64,000 bases of DNA from an uncultured Bacteroidales bacterium (GTDB lineage Bacteria > Bacteroidota > Bacteroidia > Bacteroidales > VadinHA17): NCBI GenBank assembly GCA_963816345.1, contig CAWFKI010000004.1:151967-215966 (forward strand), read 5' to 3'. Below the pieces are notes generated by a model. It searched no databases, had not been told where the DNA came from, and saw only the letters and a list, made by a program, of their open reading frames with translations. Made by a program: the position numbers and the translations under genes. Below are positions 19,979 to 32,597 of the stretch, piece by piece (position 1 is the stretch's first letter; every line of letters begins with the position of its first letter).

Positions 19979-20164
19979 ATGGCACATCCTAAACACAAAC
20001 ATTCTAAAACCAGAAGGGATAAGCGCAGAACACATTATAAAGCAACTGCGCCTACAGTGGCAAGCTGTTCAAATTGCGGATCTTCAGTTCTGTATCACAG
20101 GGTATGTCCTGAGTGCGGATATTACAGAGGTAAACTTGCTATAGAGAAGAAGGTTTCTGCCTGA
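19979..20164 (+). CDS. rpmF: 50S ribosomal protein L32 (Zn-ribbon form)
   Basis: [23 protein letters not shown]...[12 protein letters not shown]. Confidence 0.97.
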   Translation: MAHPKHKHSKTRRDKRRTHYKATAPTVASCSNCGSSVLYHRVCPECGYYRGKLAIEKKVSA

Positions 20165-20189
20165 CTTCCCTTAACTTAATATTTGTAGT

Positions 20190-21128
20190 ATGAGAATTGG
20201 CCTTGATGTCATGGGTGGCGATTATGCACCTGATGCAATCATTGAGGGCGCAGTTGATTCCCTCCGGCATTTATCAGGTAAGGAGAAGATAGTCCTTATT
20301 GGAGATGAAAGTTCTGTGAACAGGAAGCTCGGGGAAATGCAGGCTGACCCTTCAGTTGTTTCAGATTGTACATACAACGCAGGTTATTGAGATGGCAGAT
20401 CATCCTGCAAAAGCCTTTTCACAGAAGAGAAATTCAAGTATTGCCGTTGGTTATATGATGCTGAAGGAAGGTACCTTGATGGTTTTTGCAGTGCAGGAAA
20501 TACAGGTGCGATGCTTGTTGGAGCCAGCTATACTGTAAATGTCATCCCGGGAGTGCTCAGGCCGGCTCTTGCAACAATCCTGCCCTGTGTCGATAACAGG
20601 GATTCTGTAATACTCGATGTGGGATTGAATCCTGACTGCAAACCCGAAGTATTATTGCAGTACGGGATCCTTGGCAGCATTTATGCAAAGTATGTCCTGG
20701 GCACAAATAATCCGACTGTCGGATTGATAAATATTGGTGAAGAAGAAACAAAAGGAACTCCGGCTGTTAAGGCAGCATATGAACTGATGAAAGATTACCC
20801 CGGCCTGAATTTTGTCGGGAATATTGAAGGGAATGCCCTGTTCCGTGAGACAATGACCGACGTAATCGTCTGCGATGGCTTTGTCGGAAATGTAATACTC
20901 AAGCAGGGTGAAGCATTTCATTATATTTATAAAAGCAGAAATCTTAAAGACCAGTATTTTGACCGGCTTGATTTCGAAAACATAGGTGGCACACCTATTA
21001 TCGGTATAAATGCAAACGTTGTAATTGGACATGGAATTTCCAGAAGGAAAGCCATAATGAACATGATCCTCCAGACCCGGGCTGTAGTACATGCAAATCT
21101 GGCCCAAATGATTAAAGAAGCAATTTAA
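20190..21128 (+). CDS. plsX: Phosphate acyltransferase PlsX, with compensating +1/-1 frameshifts near 20355 and 20475
   Basis: [14 protein letters not shown]; [11 protein letters not shown] is restored after rejoining; [32 protein letters not shown]; the first and last ORF fragments are in the same frame. Confidence 0.92.
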
Positions 21129-21130
21129 TA

Positions 21131-22129
21131 ATGAAAAAAATAAGAGCTGCTATTACCGGGATCCATGCATGGGTACCCGAATACAGGCTGACAAATCATG
21201 AACTTTCGAAAATGGTGGATACTTCCGATGAGTGGATAATGCAGAGAGTCGGAATAAAGGAAAGACGGATTCTTAAGGGAGAGGGTCTTGGAACATCAGA
21301 TATGGGCGAACAGGCCGTCAACGGACTGCTGTCAAAGACCGGCACCTCCCCGGATGAAATTGACCTGATGATCTGTTCTACTGTTACTCCCGATATGCTC
21401 TTCCCTGCAACGGCAAATATCATTTCAGATAAATGCGGAATAAAAAATGCCTTCAGCTTCGATCTGAATGCAGCCTGCTCCGGGTTCCTCTTCGCTCTGC
21501 AGACTGCTGCTGCTTATATTGAATCAGGCAGATTTAAAAAGGTTATTGTCGTGGGAGCCGACAAAATGTCCGCTATAACCGATTACTCCGACCGGACCAC
21601 CTGCCCTCTTTTTGGAGATGCTGCAGGAGCCGTCCTGCTTGAACCAACAACTGAGGAAGAAGGTATTATGGATTATATATTTCATGTTGATGGTTCGGGA
21701 CGGAAATACCTTCACCTTAAGGCCGGAGGTTCCGTCAGACCGGCATCTCATGAGACAGTTGATGCAAAAGAACATTATATCTACCAGGAGGGCCAGAGCG
21801 TCTTTAAATTTGCTGTCTCAAATATGGCAGATATTGCTGTGGAGATAATGGAAAAGAATAATCTTAAACCCGACGATATAGCATGGCTTGTACCTCATCA
21901 GGCTAACCTGCGTATAATCGATGCCACGGGAAGAAGAATGGGCCTTGCTGCTGAAAAAGTCATGATCAATATTGAAAATTACGGAAATACAACCTCTGCC
22001 ACTATCCCGCTCTGCATCTGGGAATATGAGCAAAAACTGAAAAAAGGTGACATCCTGATACTTGCTGCATTCGGTGGAGGTTTTACATGGGGCTCTATCT
22101 ACCTCAAATGGGCTTACGATCCGAAGTAG
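21131..22129 (+). CDS. fabH: 3-oxoacyl-ACP synthase III
   Basis: [29 protein letters not shown]. Confidence 0.96.
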   Translation: MKKIRAAITGIHAWVPEYRLTNHELSKMVDTSDEWIMQRVGIKERRILKGEGLGTSDMGEQAVNGLLSKTGTSPDEIDLMICSTVTPDMLFPATANIISDKCGIKNAFSFDLNAACSGFLFALQTAAAYIESGRFKKVIVVGADKMSAITDYSDRTTCPLFGDAAGAVLLEPTTEEEGIMDYIFHVDGSGRKYLHLKAGGSVRPASHETVDAKEHYIYQEGQSVFKFAVSNMADIAVEIMEKNNLKPDDIAWLVPHQANLRIIDATGRRMGLAAEKVMINIENYGNTTSATIPLCIWEYEQKLKKGDILILAAFGGGFTWGSIYLKWAYDPK

Positions 22130-22264
22130 TCATCCGGAGGCAACATTTTTTTGGTTTCTCAGTTTTTTACACCGTACTTTTAATCTGGCGCTTTATAAGG
22201 TTTTTTTTAATTTCCCGGAAGGGTATTTAAAAGGAAACAAATTATTTTTATCTGCAATAGTTTT

Positions 22265-22272
22265 TATATTTG
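22265..22272 (+). promoter_or_regulatory. -7 promoter element of the bactofilin-atp operon
   Basis: TATATTTG, about 37 nt before ATG 22310. Confidence 0.6.
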
Positions 22273-22309
22273 TGAGTTATTAAATTTGAATATCTAAACT
22301 TATAACCAA

Positions 22310-22711
22310 ATGGCCAAGTATAACGAGACTGATAACAGCACAGTAAACCTTATAAGTACCGGAACCGATATAACCGGCGATATCAAATCAACAGGTGATA
22401 TCCGCATCGACGGAACCCTTAAGGGAAACCTGAACACCAAAGGCAAAGTTGTAATTGGTCCGACAGGAAAGGTCAGCGGGGAAGTAATCTGTAAAAATTC
22501 CGAAGTTTCAGGTACAGTTGAAGGGAAAATTAATGTCGGACAATTACTTAACCTCAAGGCATCCTGCAAAATTTATGGCGATATTGTTACAGTGAAGCTC
22601 TCTATTGAGCCCGGAGCCATCTTCTCTGGTAATTGCAAAATGAGTGACAGCGAAAATAATGGAGGAACAGCCATCATTAAAGAAAAAGAATCCGAAAAGC
22701 CCGCGAAATAA
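22310..22711 (+). CDS. Bactofilin (polymer-forming cytoskeletal protein)
   Basis: ITGDIKSTGDIRIDGTLKGN...IGPTGKVSG...LSIEPGAIFSG beta-helix repeats. Confidence 0.92.
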   Translation: MAKYNETDNSTVNLISTGTDITGDIKSTGDIRIDGTLKGNLNTKGKVVIGPTGKVSGEVICKNSEVSGTVEGKINVGQLLNLKASCKIYGDIVTVKLSIEPGAIFSGNCKMSDSENNGGTAIIKEKESEKPAK

Positions 22712-22901
22712 AGGGATTCATGATTTTGCCAGATATTCCGGGATTGCCTTCCAGATGATTGCAATAATTCTTATAACAACCTGGGGTGGAAGGGAACTTG
22801 ATAAAATCACACACTTTAAAACACCTGTCTTTACAATAATTCTTTCACTTCTCGGGGTATTTGCTGCCATATATACAGTGGTAAAAGATTTTATTAAGTG
22901 A
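22659..22901 (+). CDS. AtpZ/AtpI family small membrane protein
   Basis: YSGIAFQM...WGG.ELD...LSLLGV; first membrane gene of the atp cluster; start uncertain (22644 or 22659). Confidence 0.8.
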   Translation: MEEQPSLKKKNPKSPRNKGIHDFARYSGIAFQMIAIILITTWGGRELDKITHFKTPVFTIILSLLGVFAAIYTVVKDFIK

Positions 22902-22910
22902 TCTCACATT

Positions 22911-23297
22911 TTGAAACCTCTTCATAAATACATTTCATCACTGCTGTTAATAAATATCCTTATCGCCGGCACGGGATATCTTCTGATCTTGTATGGTTTT
23001 TCCGGTTTTACATTAAAAGAAATAATCCTGCTCGCTTCACTGTTCACAGTGATCACCTTTATTGCCCTTGTTATATTTATAAGGGGACAGAATAAAGATC
23101 CCGGCAGCCAGACAATGCATACCATGGTTTCTGTAAGTCTCAAGTTTCTGCTTGAGTTGATATTAGCCCTGGTTTGGTTTTTTATTGCTAAAAAAACTTC
23201 CCCGCAGTCCGTAGTTATGTTTTTTGTTATATATTTAACACTCACTTTATTTTTGATATGGGTAATATTGAAGACGCTGAAAAACAAATCTTTATAA
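22911..23297 (+). CDS. 4-TM ATP synthase protein I-like membrane protein
   Basis: Four hydrophobic segments, positioned between atpZ-like and atpB. Confidence 0.65.
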   Translation: MKPLHKYISSLLLINILIAGTGYLLILYGFSGFTLKEIILLASLFTVITFIALVIFIRGQNKDPGSQTMHTMVSVSLKFLLELILALVWFFIAKKTSPQSVVMFFVIYLTLTLFLIWVILKTLKNKSL

Positions 23298-23310
23298 AAC
23301 TTACAGTGAT

Positions 23311-24369
23311 TTGAAAACAAGAAATCTGATTGCTTTATTCTTCATTCTTCTCTTAATGGGAAAAGGAGTTTCAGCCTTTAGTCAGGAAGTTAAGGGTAAA
23401 GAGGAGGGTAAGGGAAAATTCAATGCCAGTGCATATATACTTGAGCATATTGCTGATTCCCATGAGTGGCATATTCTTACAAGAAAAGACGGAACCAGCG
23501 TTGCAATTTATCTTCCGGTAATAGTCTACAGCAGTGAAAAGGGGTTAAATGTCTTCTCCTCAAAAAAACTTGCACATGGGAATGAGTACAGGGGTTTCAA
23601 ACTTGAAGAAGAAGGGGCTCTCAAAGGGAAAATAGTAACGGTTGATAAAGAAGGCCATGTTGATGAGGAAAATCTGCCTCTCGATCTCTCCATAACAAAA
23701 ACCGTTGTGGCAATGATGTCGGCAGCAATCATAGGCCTTATATTATTTCTTACCCTTGCCCGCTCATACAGGAAAACCGGAATAAGTTATCCGAAAGGTA
23801 TCCAGAGCTTTCTTGAGCCGGTAGTCCTCTTTATACGGGACGATATCGCAGTCCCGAGCCTCGGGCATAAATCAGGAAAGTATATGCCATACCTTCTTAC
23901 CGTTTTCTTTTTCATTCTGATAAACAACCTGATGGGGCTTATCCCATTTCCTCCTCCGTTTGGTGGCAACGTCACAGGCAATATTGCAATAACATTTTTG
24001 CTGGCTGCCTGTACCTTTCTGATAACTCAATTCAGCGGTAATAAATCACACTGGCGCCATGTCTTTGCAACCCCCGGGGTCCCTTTCTGGCTTCTTCCCA
24101 TAATGATACCGGTTGAAATAATCGGTTTATTTTCAAAGCCCTTCGCACTTATGATAAGGTTATTTGCCAATATGCTTGCAGGACATATTGTGATTCTCAG
24201 CCTGATCTGCCTTATATTTATTTTTGATACACTTGCCCTGGCACCCGTATCGGCATTGTTTGTGATATTTATGGACTTTATGGAACTCCTGGTTGCATTT
24301 CTCCAGGCATATATATTCACCTTACTCTCAGCATTATTTATCAGTCTGGCGGTACAGGAAAATCATTAG
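23311..24369 (+). CDS. atpB: ATP synthase Fo subunit a
   Basis: HIADSHEWH, NVTGN, KPFALMIRLFANMLAGH, ELLVAFLQAYIF. Confidence 0.97.
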   Translation: MKTRNLIALFFILLLMGKGVSAFSQEVKGKEEGKGKFNASAYILEHIADSHEWHILTRKDGTSVAIYLPVIVYSSEKGLNVFSSKKLAHGNEYRGFKLEEEGALKGKIVTVDKEGHVDEENLPLDLSITKTVVAMMSAAIIGLILFLTLARSYRKTGISYPKGIQSFLEPVVLFIRDDIAVPSLGHKSGKYMPYLLTVFFFILINNLMGLIPFPPPFGGNVTGNIAITFLLAACTFLITQFSGNKSHWRHVFATPGVPFWLLPIMIPVEIIGLFSKPFALMIRLFANMLAGHIVILSLICLIFIFDTLALAPVSALFVIFMDFMELLVAFLQAYIFTLLSALFISLAVQENH

Positions 24370-24394
24370 AACTTTTGTTTAACTTAATTTATAG

Positions 24395-24598
<204 letters not shown>

Positions 24599-24610
24599 AA
24601 ATTTTAAAGC

Positions 24611-24646
24611 AATAAAGCCTGCAACGGTTGGTTGCAGCGCTTTATT
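24611..24646 (+). promoter_or_regulatory. Stem-loop between atpE and atpF
   Basis: AATAAAGC-CTGCAAC-ggttg-GTTGCAG-c-GCTTTATT, a 15-bp stem with a 1-nt bulge. Confidence 0.7.
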
Positions 24647-24670
24647 TAACAAACAGTTAAAACGATTAAT

Positions 24671-25186
24671 ATGATATTATTGGCAAACAGTCTGACTACC
24701 CCGGCAGTGGGGACCCTTTTCTGGTCAGTAATAATTTTTGCGCTGTTTTTTATTATCCTTACAAAATTTGCCTGGAAACCGGTGCTTAACGCAGTCAGAG
24801 CCAGAGATGAAATGATCAAGGGTTCTCTTGAAGCTGCTGAAAAAGCCAGGGAGGATATGCTGAAGCTTCAGAGCGACAATGAAGCAATTCTCAGGAAAGC
24901 CAGGGAAGAGCGCGAAGGAATACTCAGGGAAGCAAGAGAGGTCCGCGATAAGCTGATTTCAGAAGCAAAGGGAAAGGCCTCCGAGGAGTCGGAAAAGCTT
25001 ATTGATAAAGCAAGAACGGAAATAGAGGGTGAAAAGAGAAAAGCCCTTTCGGAAATACGGCAACAGGTGGCGACCTTATCTGTTGAGATAGCCTCAAAAC
25101 TTCTCGGAGAAAAGCTCAACCGGACGGGCGAACAGGAAAAGCTGATTGACAACTACCTGAAAGATATCGATTTCACAAGGAATTAG
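24671..25186 (+). CDS. atpF: ATP synthase subunit b
   Basis: N-terminal TM, KFAWKPV, charged coiled coil; position in the operon. Confidence 0.95.
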   Translation: MILLANSLTTPAVGTLFWSVIIFALFFIILTKFAWKPVLNAVRARDEMIKGSLEAAEKAREDMLKLQSDNEAILRKAREEREGILREAREVRDKLISEAKGKASEESEKLIDKARTEIEGEKRKALSEIRQQVATLSVEIASKLLGEKLNRTGEQEKLIDNYLKDIDFTRN

Positions 25187-25199
25187 AGTGTAAACAGTA

Positions 25200-25748
25200 A
25201 TGAACGACAGCTTAATATCAGTCAGGTATTCAAGAGCAATATTCCAGTCCGCACTGGAGAGCAAAAAACTGGACAGTGTCAGCAAGGACATGATCTTAAT
25301 TTCGGAGATCTGTAAGTTGGCTTATGCAAGGGAATTCCTGGACAGCCCCGTCATAATTCCTTCAAAAAAGTCAGATGTGTTCCACAAAATGTTTGAAGGG
25401 AATGTGGAACCCATAACCCTCTCTCTTCTTGATCTGCTTGTAAAAAACGGGCGGGAGACCTACCTTCCTGCTATTGCCAGGGTTTTCCTGGACGAAACAA
25501 TGAAGCACAAAGGGATAACCAGATCATACCTCACATCTGCCTATAAAGTTGATGAAAAAATTAAAAGCCAGGTAAGTGAATTAATCTCGAGAGTATTCAA
25601 TACAAAGGCAGAACTTGAAGAAATAATTGATAAAGATATAATCGGGGGTTTTATCCTTCGTGTTGATGATAATTATATTGATGCCAGCATAAGGAATAAG
25701 CTGAGCAAGATAAGGAAAGGTCTCAACAGAAGTTCCCTTCAATCGTGA
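25200..25748 (+). CDS. atpH: ATP synthase subunit delta
   Basis: ISVRYSRAIF, IIGGFILRV...DASI. Confidence 0.94.
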   Translation: MNDSLISVRYSRAIFQSALESKKLDSVSKDMILISEICKLAYAREFLDSPVIIPSKKSDVFHKMFEGNVEPITLSLLDLLVKNGRETYLPAIARVFLDETMKHKGITRSYLTSAYKVDEKIKSQVSELISRVFNTKAELEEIIDKDIIGGFILRVDDNYIDASIRNKLSKIRKGLNRSSLQS

Positions 25749-25789
25749 CATTATAATTTCAATAATAAAGTATTTTAAGCAAAGTAAAA

Positions 25790-27373
25790 ATGACAAATAT
25801 TAAACCAGCAGAGGTCTCAAAGATCCTCAGAGAGCAACTGGAAGGAATTCAGACCGGTGTCGAACTGGAAGAGGTAGGGACAGTGCTTCAGGTTGGAGAC
25901 GGGATAGCGCGTATTTACGGACTTTCAAATGCAGAGTCAAACGAACTGATTGAATTTGAGAACGGGATAGAAGGAATCGTACTGAACCTCGAAGAGGATA
26001 ACATCGGTGCAGTATTGCTCGGTCCGACAGAAGAGATAAATGAGGGTGACATCGTAAAGCGAACGGGTAAGATTGCTTCAATAAGTGTTGGCGAAGGGTT
26101 GTTGGGCAGGGTTATAACACCTACCGGACAACCATTGGACGGCAAGGGCCCAATACCGGGTGAACTGTTCACCCTTCCCTTTGAGAGAAAAGCTCCCGGT
26201 GTAATTTTCAGACAACCGGTAAAACAACCTCTTCAGACAGGTATCAAGGCAATAGATGCAATGATCCCGATCGGCCGCGGACAAAGGGAACTGATAATCG
26301 GCGACAGGCAGACCGGCAAAACAGCTATCGCTATCGATACAATTATCAATCAGCGCAGTAATTATGAAAAAGGGAAGCCTGTCTACTGCATCTATGTTGC
26401 AATAGGTCAGAAAGGATCGACAGTTGCAAATATTGCAGCAATACTTGAAGAACATGGTGCCCTCAAATATACTGTAATAGTTCTGGCCACTGCTTCGGAC
26501 CCTGCAGCTTCGCAATTCTATGCTCCCTTCGCAGGTGCCGCAATCGGTGAATTTTTCCGGGATACGGGAAGGGACGCCCTTATTATATACGATGATCTGT
26601 CGAAACAGGCTGTTTCATACAGGGAAGTGTCTCTGCTGCTGAGACGCCCGCCCGGACGTGAAGCCTACCCCGGAGATGTCTTCTACCTGCACTCGAGACT
26701 CCTGGAGAGAGCTGCCAAAATAATTGAATCGGATGAGGTCGCAAAAAAAATGAACGATCTTCCCGAATCAATCAGACACCTGGTAAAAGGAGGCGGATCA
26801 CTGACTGCCCTGCCGATAATTGAAACCCAGGCAGGTGACGTTTCGGCATATATCCCTACCAATGTGATCTCAATAACTGACGGACAGATATTTTTGGAAT
26901 CAAGCCTTTTTAACTCCGGCGTAAGACCTGCCATAAACGTGGGGATATCAGTATCGAGAGTGGGAGGAAATGCCCAGATCAAGGCAATGAAAAAAATTGC
27001 AGGAACGCTGAAGGTCGACCAGGCACAATACCGCGAGCTCGAAGCCTTCTCAAAATTCGGATCCGACCTCGATGCCTCCACCCTGGCCATTCTTAATAAA
27101 GGGGCCAAAAACGTGGAAATACTCAAACAGGGTCAGTACGCCCCGGTACCTGTGGAAAAACAGGTTGCAATAATTTATTGCGGAACAACCGGACTCCTGA
27201 AAGATGTGCCGATAAATAAAGTACGAAGTTTCGAAACTGAATTTCTCGAATATCTTGAGTTGAGGCACAGGGATGTTCTTGACAAGCTTCGTGACGGGAT
27301 CCTTAATAGTGAGATTACCGACGTTCTTGAGAAAGTCGCAGCGGAACTGGTGATCAAATACCGGCCCCAGTAA
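25790..27373 (+). CDS. atpA: ATP synthase subunit alpha
   Basis: [32 protein letters not shown]. Confidence 0.99.
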   Translation: MTNIKPAEVSKILREQLEGIQTGVELEEVGTVLQVGDGIARIYGLSNAESNELIEFENGIEGIVLNLEEDNIGAVLLGPTEEINEGDIVKRTGKIASISVGEGLLGRVITPTGQPLDGKGPIPGELFTLPFERKAPGVIFRQPVKQPLQTGIKAIDAMIPIGRGQRELIIGDRQTGKTAIAIDTIINQRSNYEKGKPVYCIYVAIGQKGSTVANIAAILEEHGALKYTVIVLATASDPAASQFYAPFAGAAIGEFFRDTGRDALIIYDDLSKQAVSYREVSLLLRRPPGREAYPGDVFYLHSRLLERAAKIIESDEVAKKMNDLPESIRHLVKGGGSLTALPIIETQAGDVSAYIPTNVISITDGQIFLESSLFNSGVRPAINVGISVSRVGGNAQIKAMKKIAGTLKVDQAQYRELEAFSKFGSDLDASTLAILNKGAKNVEILKQGQYAPVPVEKQVAIIYCGTTGLLKDVPINKVRSFETEFLEYLELRHRDVLDKLRDGILNSEITDVLEKVAAELVIKYRPQ

Positions 27374-27402
27374 CCGTATGGACCTGAATAAATAAATTCC
27401 AG

Positions 27403-28287
27403 ATGGCTAACTTAAAAGCAATAAGAACCAGGATAGTATCTGTTAAATCTACCAGACAGATCACTTCAGCAATGAAGATGGTCTCTGCTGCCAAGCTGCG
27501 TAAAGCTCAGGATAAGATCGTAAGGCTCCGGCCCTATGCCAAGAAGCTGTATGAAATACTGGTAGGGCTGTCACAAAGCCTTTCTGATTCTGAAGTGGAG
27601 AACGTCTATGGACGCATTTCGCCACCGGGCAAGGTACTTATCGTCGTTGTTACATCCAACAGGGGACTGTGCGGAGCATTCAATTCCAACGTAATAAAAG
27701 AGACCCGCAGAATTATCTCGGAAAAGTATTCAGATCAAAACCTTCGTGGCGATCTGAAGCTCCTGACAATTGGGAAAAAAGGTTTTGACTATTTCAGAAA
27801 GCAATCAGTAAAAATGCTTCCGGATCAGAACAGCCTTCTCCTGGATATGTCCTTTGATAAAGTCTCACTTGTGGCTGAAGAAATTATGAAGATGTTTGTA
27901 TCGGGTGAACTGGACAGAGTCGAAATAATATATAACCAGTTCAAGAATGCTGCAATACAGAATCTGACATGCGAACCTTTTTTACCCGTTGAGTCACTGC
28001 CTGAGGGAAAAACCAAACCCGTTCCCGTTGACTATATTTATGAGCCTGACAGGGAAGAGATTATAAAGGAGCTTATCCCGAAGTCACTTAAGATCCAGTT
28101 TTACAAAGCAGTACTCGATTCATTTGTCGCCGAGCACGGTGCAAGGATGACAGCCATGCATAAGGCAACAGACAATGCGACCGATATGATCAGGGAACTG
28201 ACTCTTCTGTACAACAAGGCAAGACAGGCAGCAATTACAAACCAGATCCTTGAAGTTGTGAGCGGCGCTGAAGCCCTCAGAGGTTGA
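27403..28287 (+). CDS. atpG: ATP synthase subunit gamma
   Basis: ITSAMKMVSAAK, RGLCGAFN, ARMTAM..ATDNA, RQAAIT. Confidence 0.98.
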   Translation: MANLKAIRTRIVSVKSTRQITSAMKMVSAAKLRKAQDKIVRLRPYAKKLYEILVGLSQSLSDSEVENVYGRISPPGKVLIVVVTSNRGLCGAFNSNVIKETRRIISEKYSDQNLRGDLKLLTIGKKGFDYFRKQSVKMLPDQNSLLLDMSFDKVSLVAEEIMKMFVSGELDRVEIIYNQFKNAAIQNLTCEPFLPVESLPEGKTKPVPVDYIYEPDREEIIKELIPKSLKIQFYKAVLDSFVAEHGARMTAMHKATDNATDMIRELTLLYNKARQAAITNQILEVVSGAEALRG

Positions 28288-28311
28288 TAGCTTTTAGATA
28301 TTATCGAGAAA

Positions 28312-29286
28312 ATGTACAATCAGTCCGGGTTAAAAAAGATAGTTGACGAGGCTATAATTAATCTTTCTTACAACACTGAAGCAGAGAAGCTTATTGATCC
28401 CGTAAAATATTTTCTTTCAATGGGTGGGAAGCGGCTCAGACCGGTTCTTTGTCTGTTGTCATGCAACCTGTTCAGTGAGAAGATAGATGAAGCGGTCATG
28501 CCGGCCACAGGACTTGAAGTGTTTCATAACTTTACACTTGTACATGATGATATAATCGATCAGGCTCCCGTAAGGAGAAATCTACCCACAGTTCATAACG
28601 CGTGGAACCTGAACCAGGCTGTACTTTCAGGGGATGTTATGGTATTTATTGCAAATGAATGTTTCCTTCAGGCACCCGCTAAGTATCTGGCCGAAGTTTT
28701 CACGATTTTCAATAAAGCTGCAATCGAAGTTTGTGTGGGACAACAGATGGATATCGATTTTGAGAAGAGCAAATCTGTCACACACGGGGAATATTTGCGG
28801 ATGATTGAACTCAAAACAGCGGCCCTTCTGGCAGCTGCTGCAAAGATAGGAGCCGTTATCGGAGGAGCAGACAAAAAAGATTCGGAACTTCTTTACGGGT
28901 TTGGCAGGAACCTTGGTCTTGCATTTCAGATTCAGGACGATCTCCTGGATGTTTACGGTGATGAAAACCTGTTCGGCAAGATCAGGGGAGGAGATATAAT
29001 TGCCAACAAAAAGACCTGGCTTCTGGTGAAGGCTCTTGAGATAGCATCAGGAGACCAGCTGAAGCAGCTTCAAAATTTGTTTTCCGGCACGGATACCCAA
29101 CCTGAGAGGAAAGTTGAACAGGTTGTCAGACTGTACGATCAGCTGAATTTAAAAGCTCAGACGGAGAATCTGGCTAATGAACATATCAACCTTGCTCTGA
29201 GCCAGCTCGGTAAGGTCACAGGCTCAAAGGAACGAAAGGATGAGCTTGCTTTGCTGGCAACATCTCTGATAGGGAGGGATAAATGA
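28312..29286 (+). CDS. Polyprenyl (trans-isoprenyl diphosphate) synthase, GGPP/FPP synthase-like
   Basis: GGKRLRP, FTLVHDDIID..RR, GQQMD, KTA, FQIQDDLLD. Confidence 0.93.
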   Translation: MYNQSGLKKIVDEAIINLSYNTEAEKLIDPVKYFLSMGGKRLRPVLCLLSCNLFSEKIDEAVMPATGLEVFHNFTLVHDDIIDQAPVRRNLPTVHNAWNLNQAVLSGDVMVFIANECFLQAPAKYLAEVFTIFNKAAIEVCVGQQMDIDFEKSKSVTHGEYLRMIELKTAALLAAAAKIGAVIGGADKKDSELLYGFGRNLGLAFQIQDDLLDVYGDENLFGKIRGGDIIANKKTWLLVKALEIASGDQLKQLQNLFSGTDTQPERKVEQVVRLYDQLNLKAQTENLANEHINLALSQLGKVTGSKERKDELALLATSLIGRDK

Positions 29287-29363
29287 TTTTAATATCAAAG
29301 TATTAACGCATTATCAGGAACTTAATTTATAAAAACAAAGGAGAGCAGGCATACAAAAATTAT

Positions 29364-29371
29364 TAAATTTG
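29364..29371 (+). promoter_or_regulatory. -7 promoter element upstream of atpD
   Basis: TAAATTTG, about 32 nt before ATG 29404. Confidence 0.55.
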
Positions 29372-29382
29372 TACATTCATAA

Positions 29383-30912
<1,530 letters not shown>

Positions 30913-30918
30913 ACCCGG

Positions 30919-31164
30919 ATGAAAATAGAAATAGTCACTCCTGAAAAAAGAATCTTTGAGGGAGAAATAAAATCTGTAAGGGTCCCGGGAAAAAAGGGAT
31001 CTTTCCAGGTCCTTAAAGATCATGCTCCGATAATTTCAACTCTTGAAGCCGGGCCGGTCTTTCTTGTGGACATGGCGGGCAAAGAGACAAAATTAAATAT
31101 AACCGGAGGGGTGGTGGAAGTAAAGGCCAATATAATTATCCTTCTGGCTGATAGTGTTACTTAA
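30919..31164 (+). CDS. atpC: ATP synthase subunit epsilon (short Bacteroidota form without the C-terminal helices)
   Basis: IEIVTPE, VPG.KGSFQVL.DHAPIIS; 81 aa. Confidence 0.95.
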   Translation: MKIEIVTPEKRIFEGEIKSVRVPGKKGSFQVLKDHAPIISTLEAGPVFLVDMAGKETKLNITGGVVEVKANIIILLADSVT

Positions 31165-31174
31165 AACAGATCGG

Positions 31175-32593
31175 ATGACACCGGATGAATTTCGGAAACA
31201 TGCCCATGAGCTTGTGGAGTGGATGGCACGCTATATGGAAAATGTTGAAGACTATCCTGTAAAATCACCTGTCACTCCGGGTAGTATATTCAGCAGGATA
31301 CCCGATAAGCCGCCATTGAAGCCTGAACCATTCAGCTCGCTGATGAAGGATCTTGACGACATTATTTTACCGGGAATAACACACTGGCAGAACCCGAATT
31401 TCTTTGCCTATTTCCCTGCAAACACAAGTCCCCCCTCCGTACTGGCAGAAATGATAATTGCTACCCTCGGTTCACAGTGCATGATCTGGGAAACCTCCCC
31501 TGCAGCTGCGGAACTTGAGGAGAAAATGATGAACTGGCTGAGGGATATGACCGGATTACCCGCGGGATTTGAGGGCGTAATACAGGATTCTGCCTCTACA
31601 TCAACTCTGGCCGCAATACTCACGGCAAGGGAAAAAATCACCGGGTTCCTTATCAATAACGATGGCGCAGGCGTTGCCGGAATCTGCAGGGTGTATTGTT
31701 CGGAACAGACGCATTCTTCAATCGAAAAAGCTGTTAAAATCAGCGGGATTGGCAGGAATAACCTGGTTAAGATCCCCGTTTTGGAGGATTTCTCCATGGA
31801 TGCCGGGAAGCTGAAAGAGGCGATTGCCCGGGATAAGAAGCGAGGTTATATTCCGTGTTGTGTCGTTGCCACTATAGGGACCACAGGAACAGCTGCGGTC
31901 GATCCGGTAAGAGCAATAGGTGAGATCTGCTCTGAAAATGGCGTATGGCTTCATATTGATGCTGCAATGGCAGGATCAGCCCTGATACTCCCCGAGTACA
32001 GCTGGATGCTCGACGGGAAAGAATATATCGACAGTTTTGTCTTTAATCCACACAAGTGGTTATTTACCAACTTCGATTGTTCGGCTTATTTTGTACGGGA
32101 TGCAGCTGCTCTGATCAGAACATTTGAAATTCTCCCGGAATACCTGAGGACAAGAACGAGAGGAACGGTGAACGACTACAGGGACTGGGGTGTTCCTCTT
32201 GGCAGAAGGTTCAGGGCTCTGAAGCTCTGGAGTGTTATCAGGTCATACGGGGTTGAGGAGCTCCGCAACAAACTGAGATATCATATCAGCCTTGCCGGCT
32301 GGCTCTCGGAACAGATTAAGGCAGAACCTGATTTTGAGATGCTTGCCCCGTTAAATATATGTGTTGTATGTTTCCGCTATAACCCCGGCGGATATGATGA
32401 GAACACGATCAGTATTTTAAATGAAAAGCTGAATCATACGCTTAATGATTCGGGAAAGCTCTACCTGAGCCATACGGTGCTGAACGGTAAATATACACTC
32501 AGAATGGTCACTGCCCAGACAAATGTAACACTTGCCCATGTTGAGAAGGCCTGGGCCGGTATAAAGGAGACTGCCCGGGGTTTAAAGCCCTGA
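31175..32593 (+). CDS. Group II PLP-dependent aromatic L-amino acid decarboxylase (DDC-like)
   Basis: PGITHWQ.P.FFAYFP, W.TSPAA.ELE, SEQTHSS, HIDAA, NPHKW, DYRDW.VPLGRRFRALKLW; start ATG 31175 preferred. Confidence 0.9.
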   Translation: MTPDEFRKHAHELVEWMARYMENVEDYPVKSPVTPGSIFSRIPDKPPLKPEPFSSLMKDLDDIILPGITHWQNPNFFAYFPANTSPPSVLAEMIIATLGSQCMIWETSPAAAELEEKMMNWLRDMTGLPAGFEGVIQDSASTSTLAAILTAREKITGFLINNDGAGVAGICRVYCSEQTHSSIEKAVKISGIGRNNLVKIPVLEDFSMDAGKLKEAIARDKKRGYIPCCVVATIGTTGTAAVDPVRAIGEICSENGVWLHIDAAMAGSALILPEYSWMLDGKEYIDSFVFNPHKWLFTNFDCSAYFVRDAAALIRTFEILPEYLRTRTRGTVNDYRDWGVPLGRRFRALKLWSVIRSYGVEELRNKLRYHISLAGWLSEQIKAEPDFEMLAPLNICVVCFRYNPGGYDENTISILNEKLNHTLNDSGKLYLSHTVLNGKYTLRMVTAQTNVTLAHVEKAWAGIKETARGLKP

Positions 32594-32597
32594 GAAA

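Noticed and set aside
20190-21128. Programmed frameshifting or true pseudogenisation of plsX
   Set aside because: The two indels compensate, no slippery site is evident, and neighbouring genes show the same error pattern.
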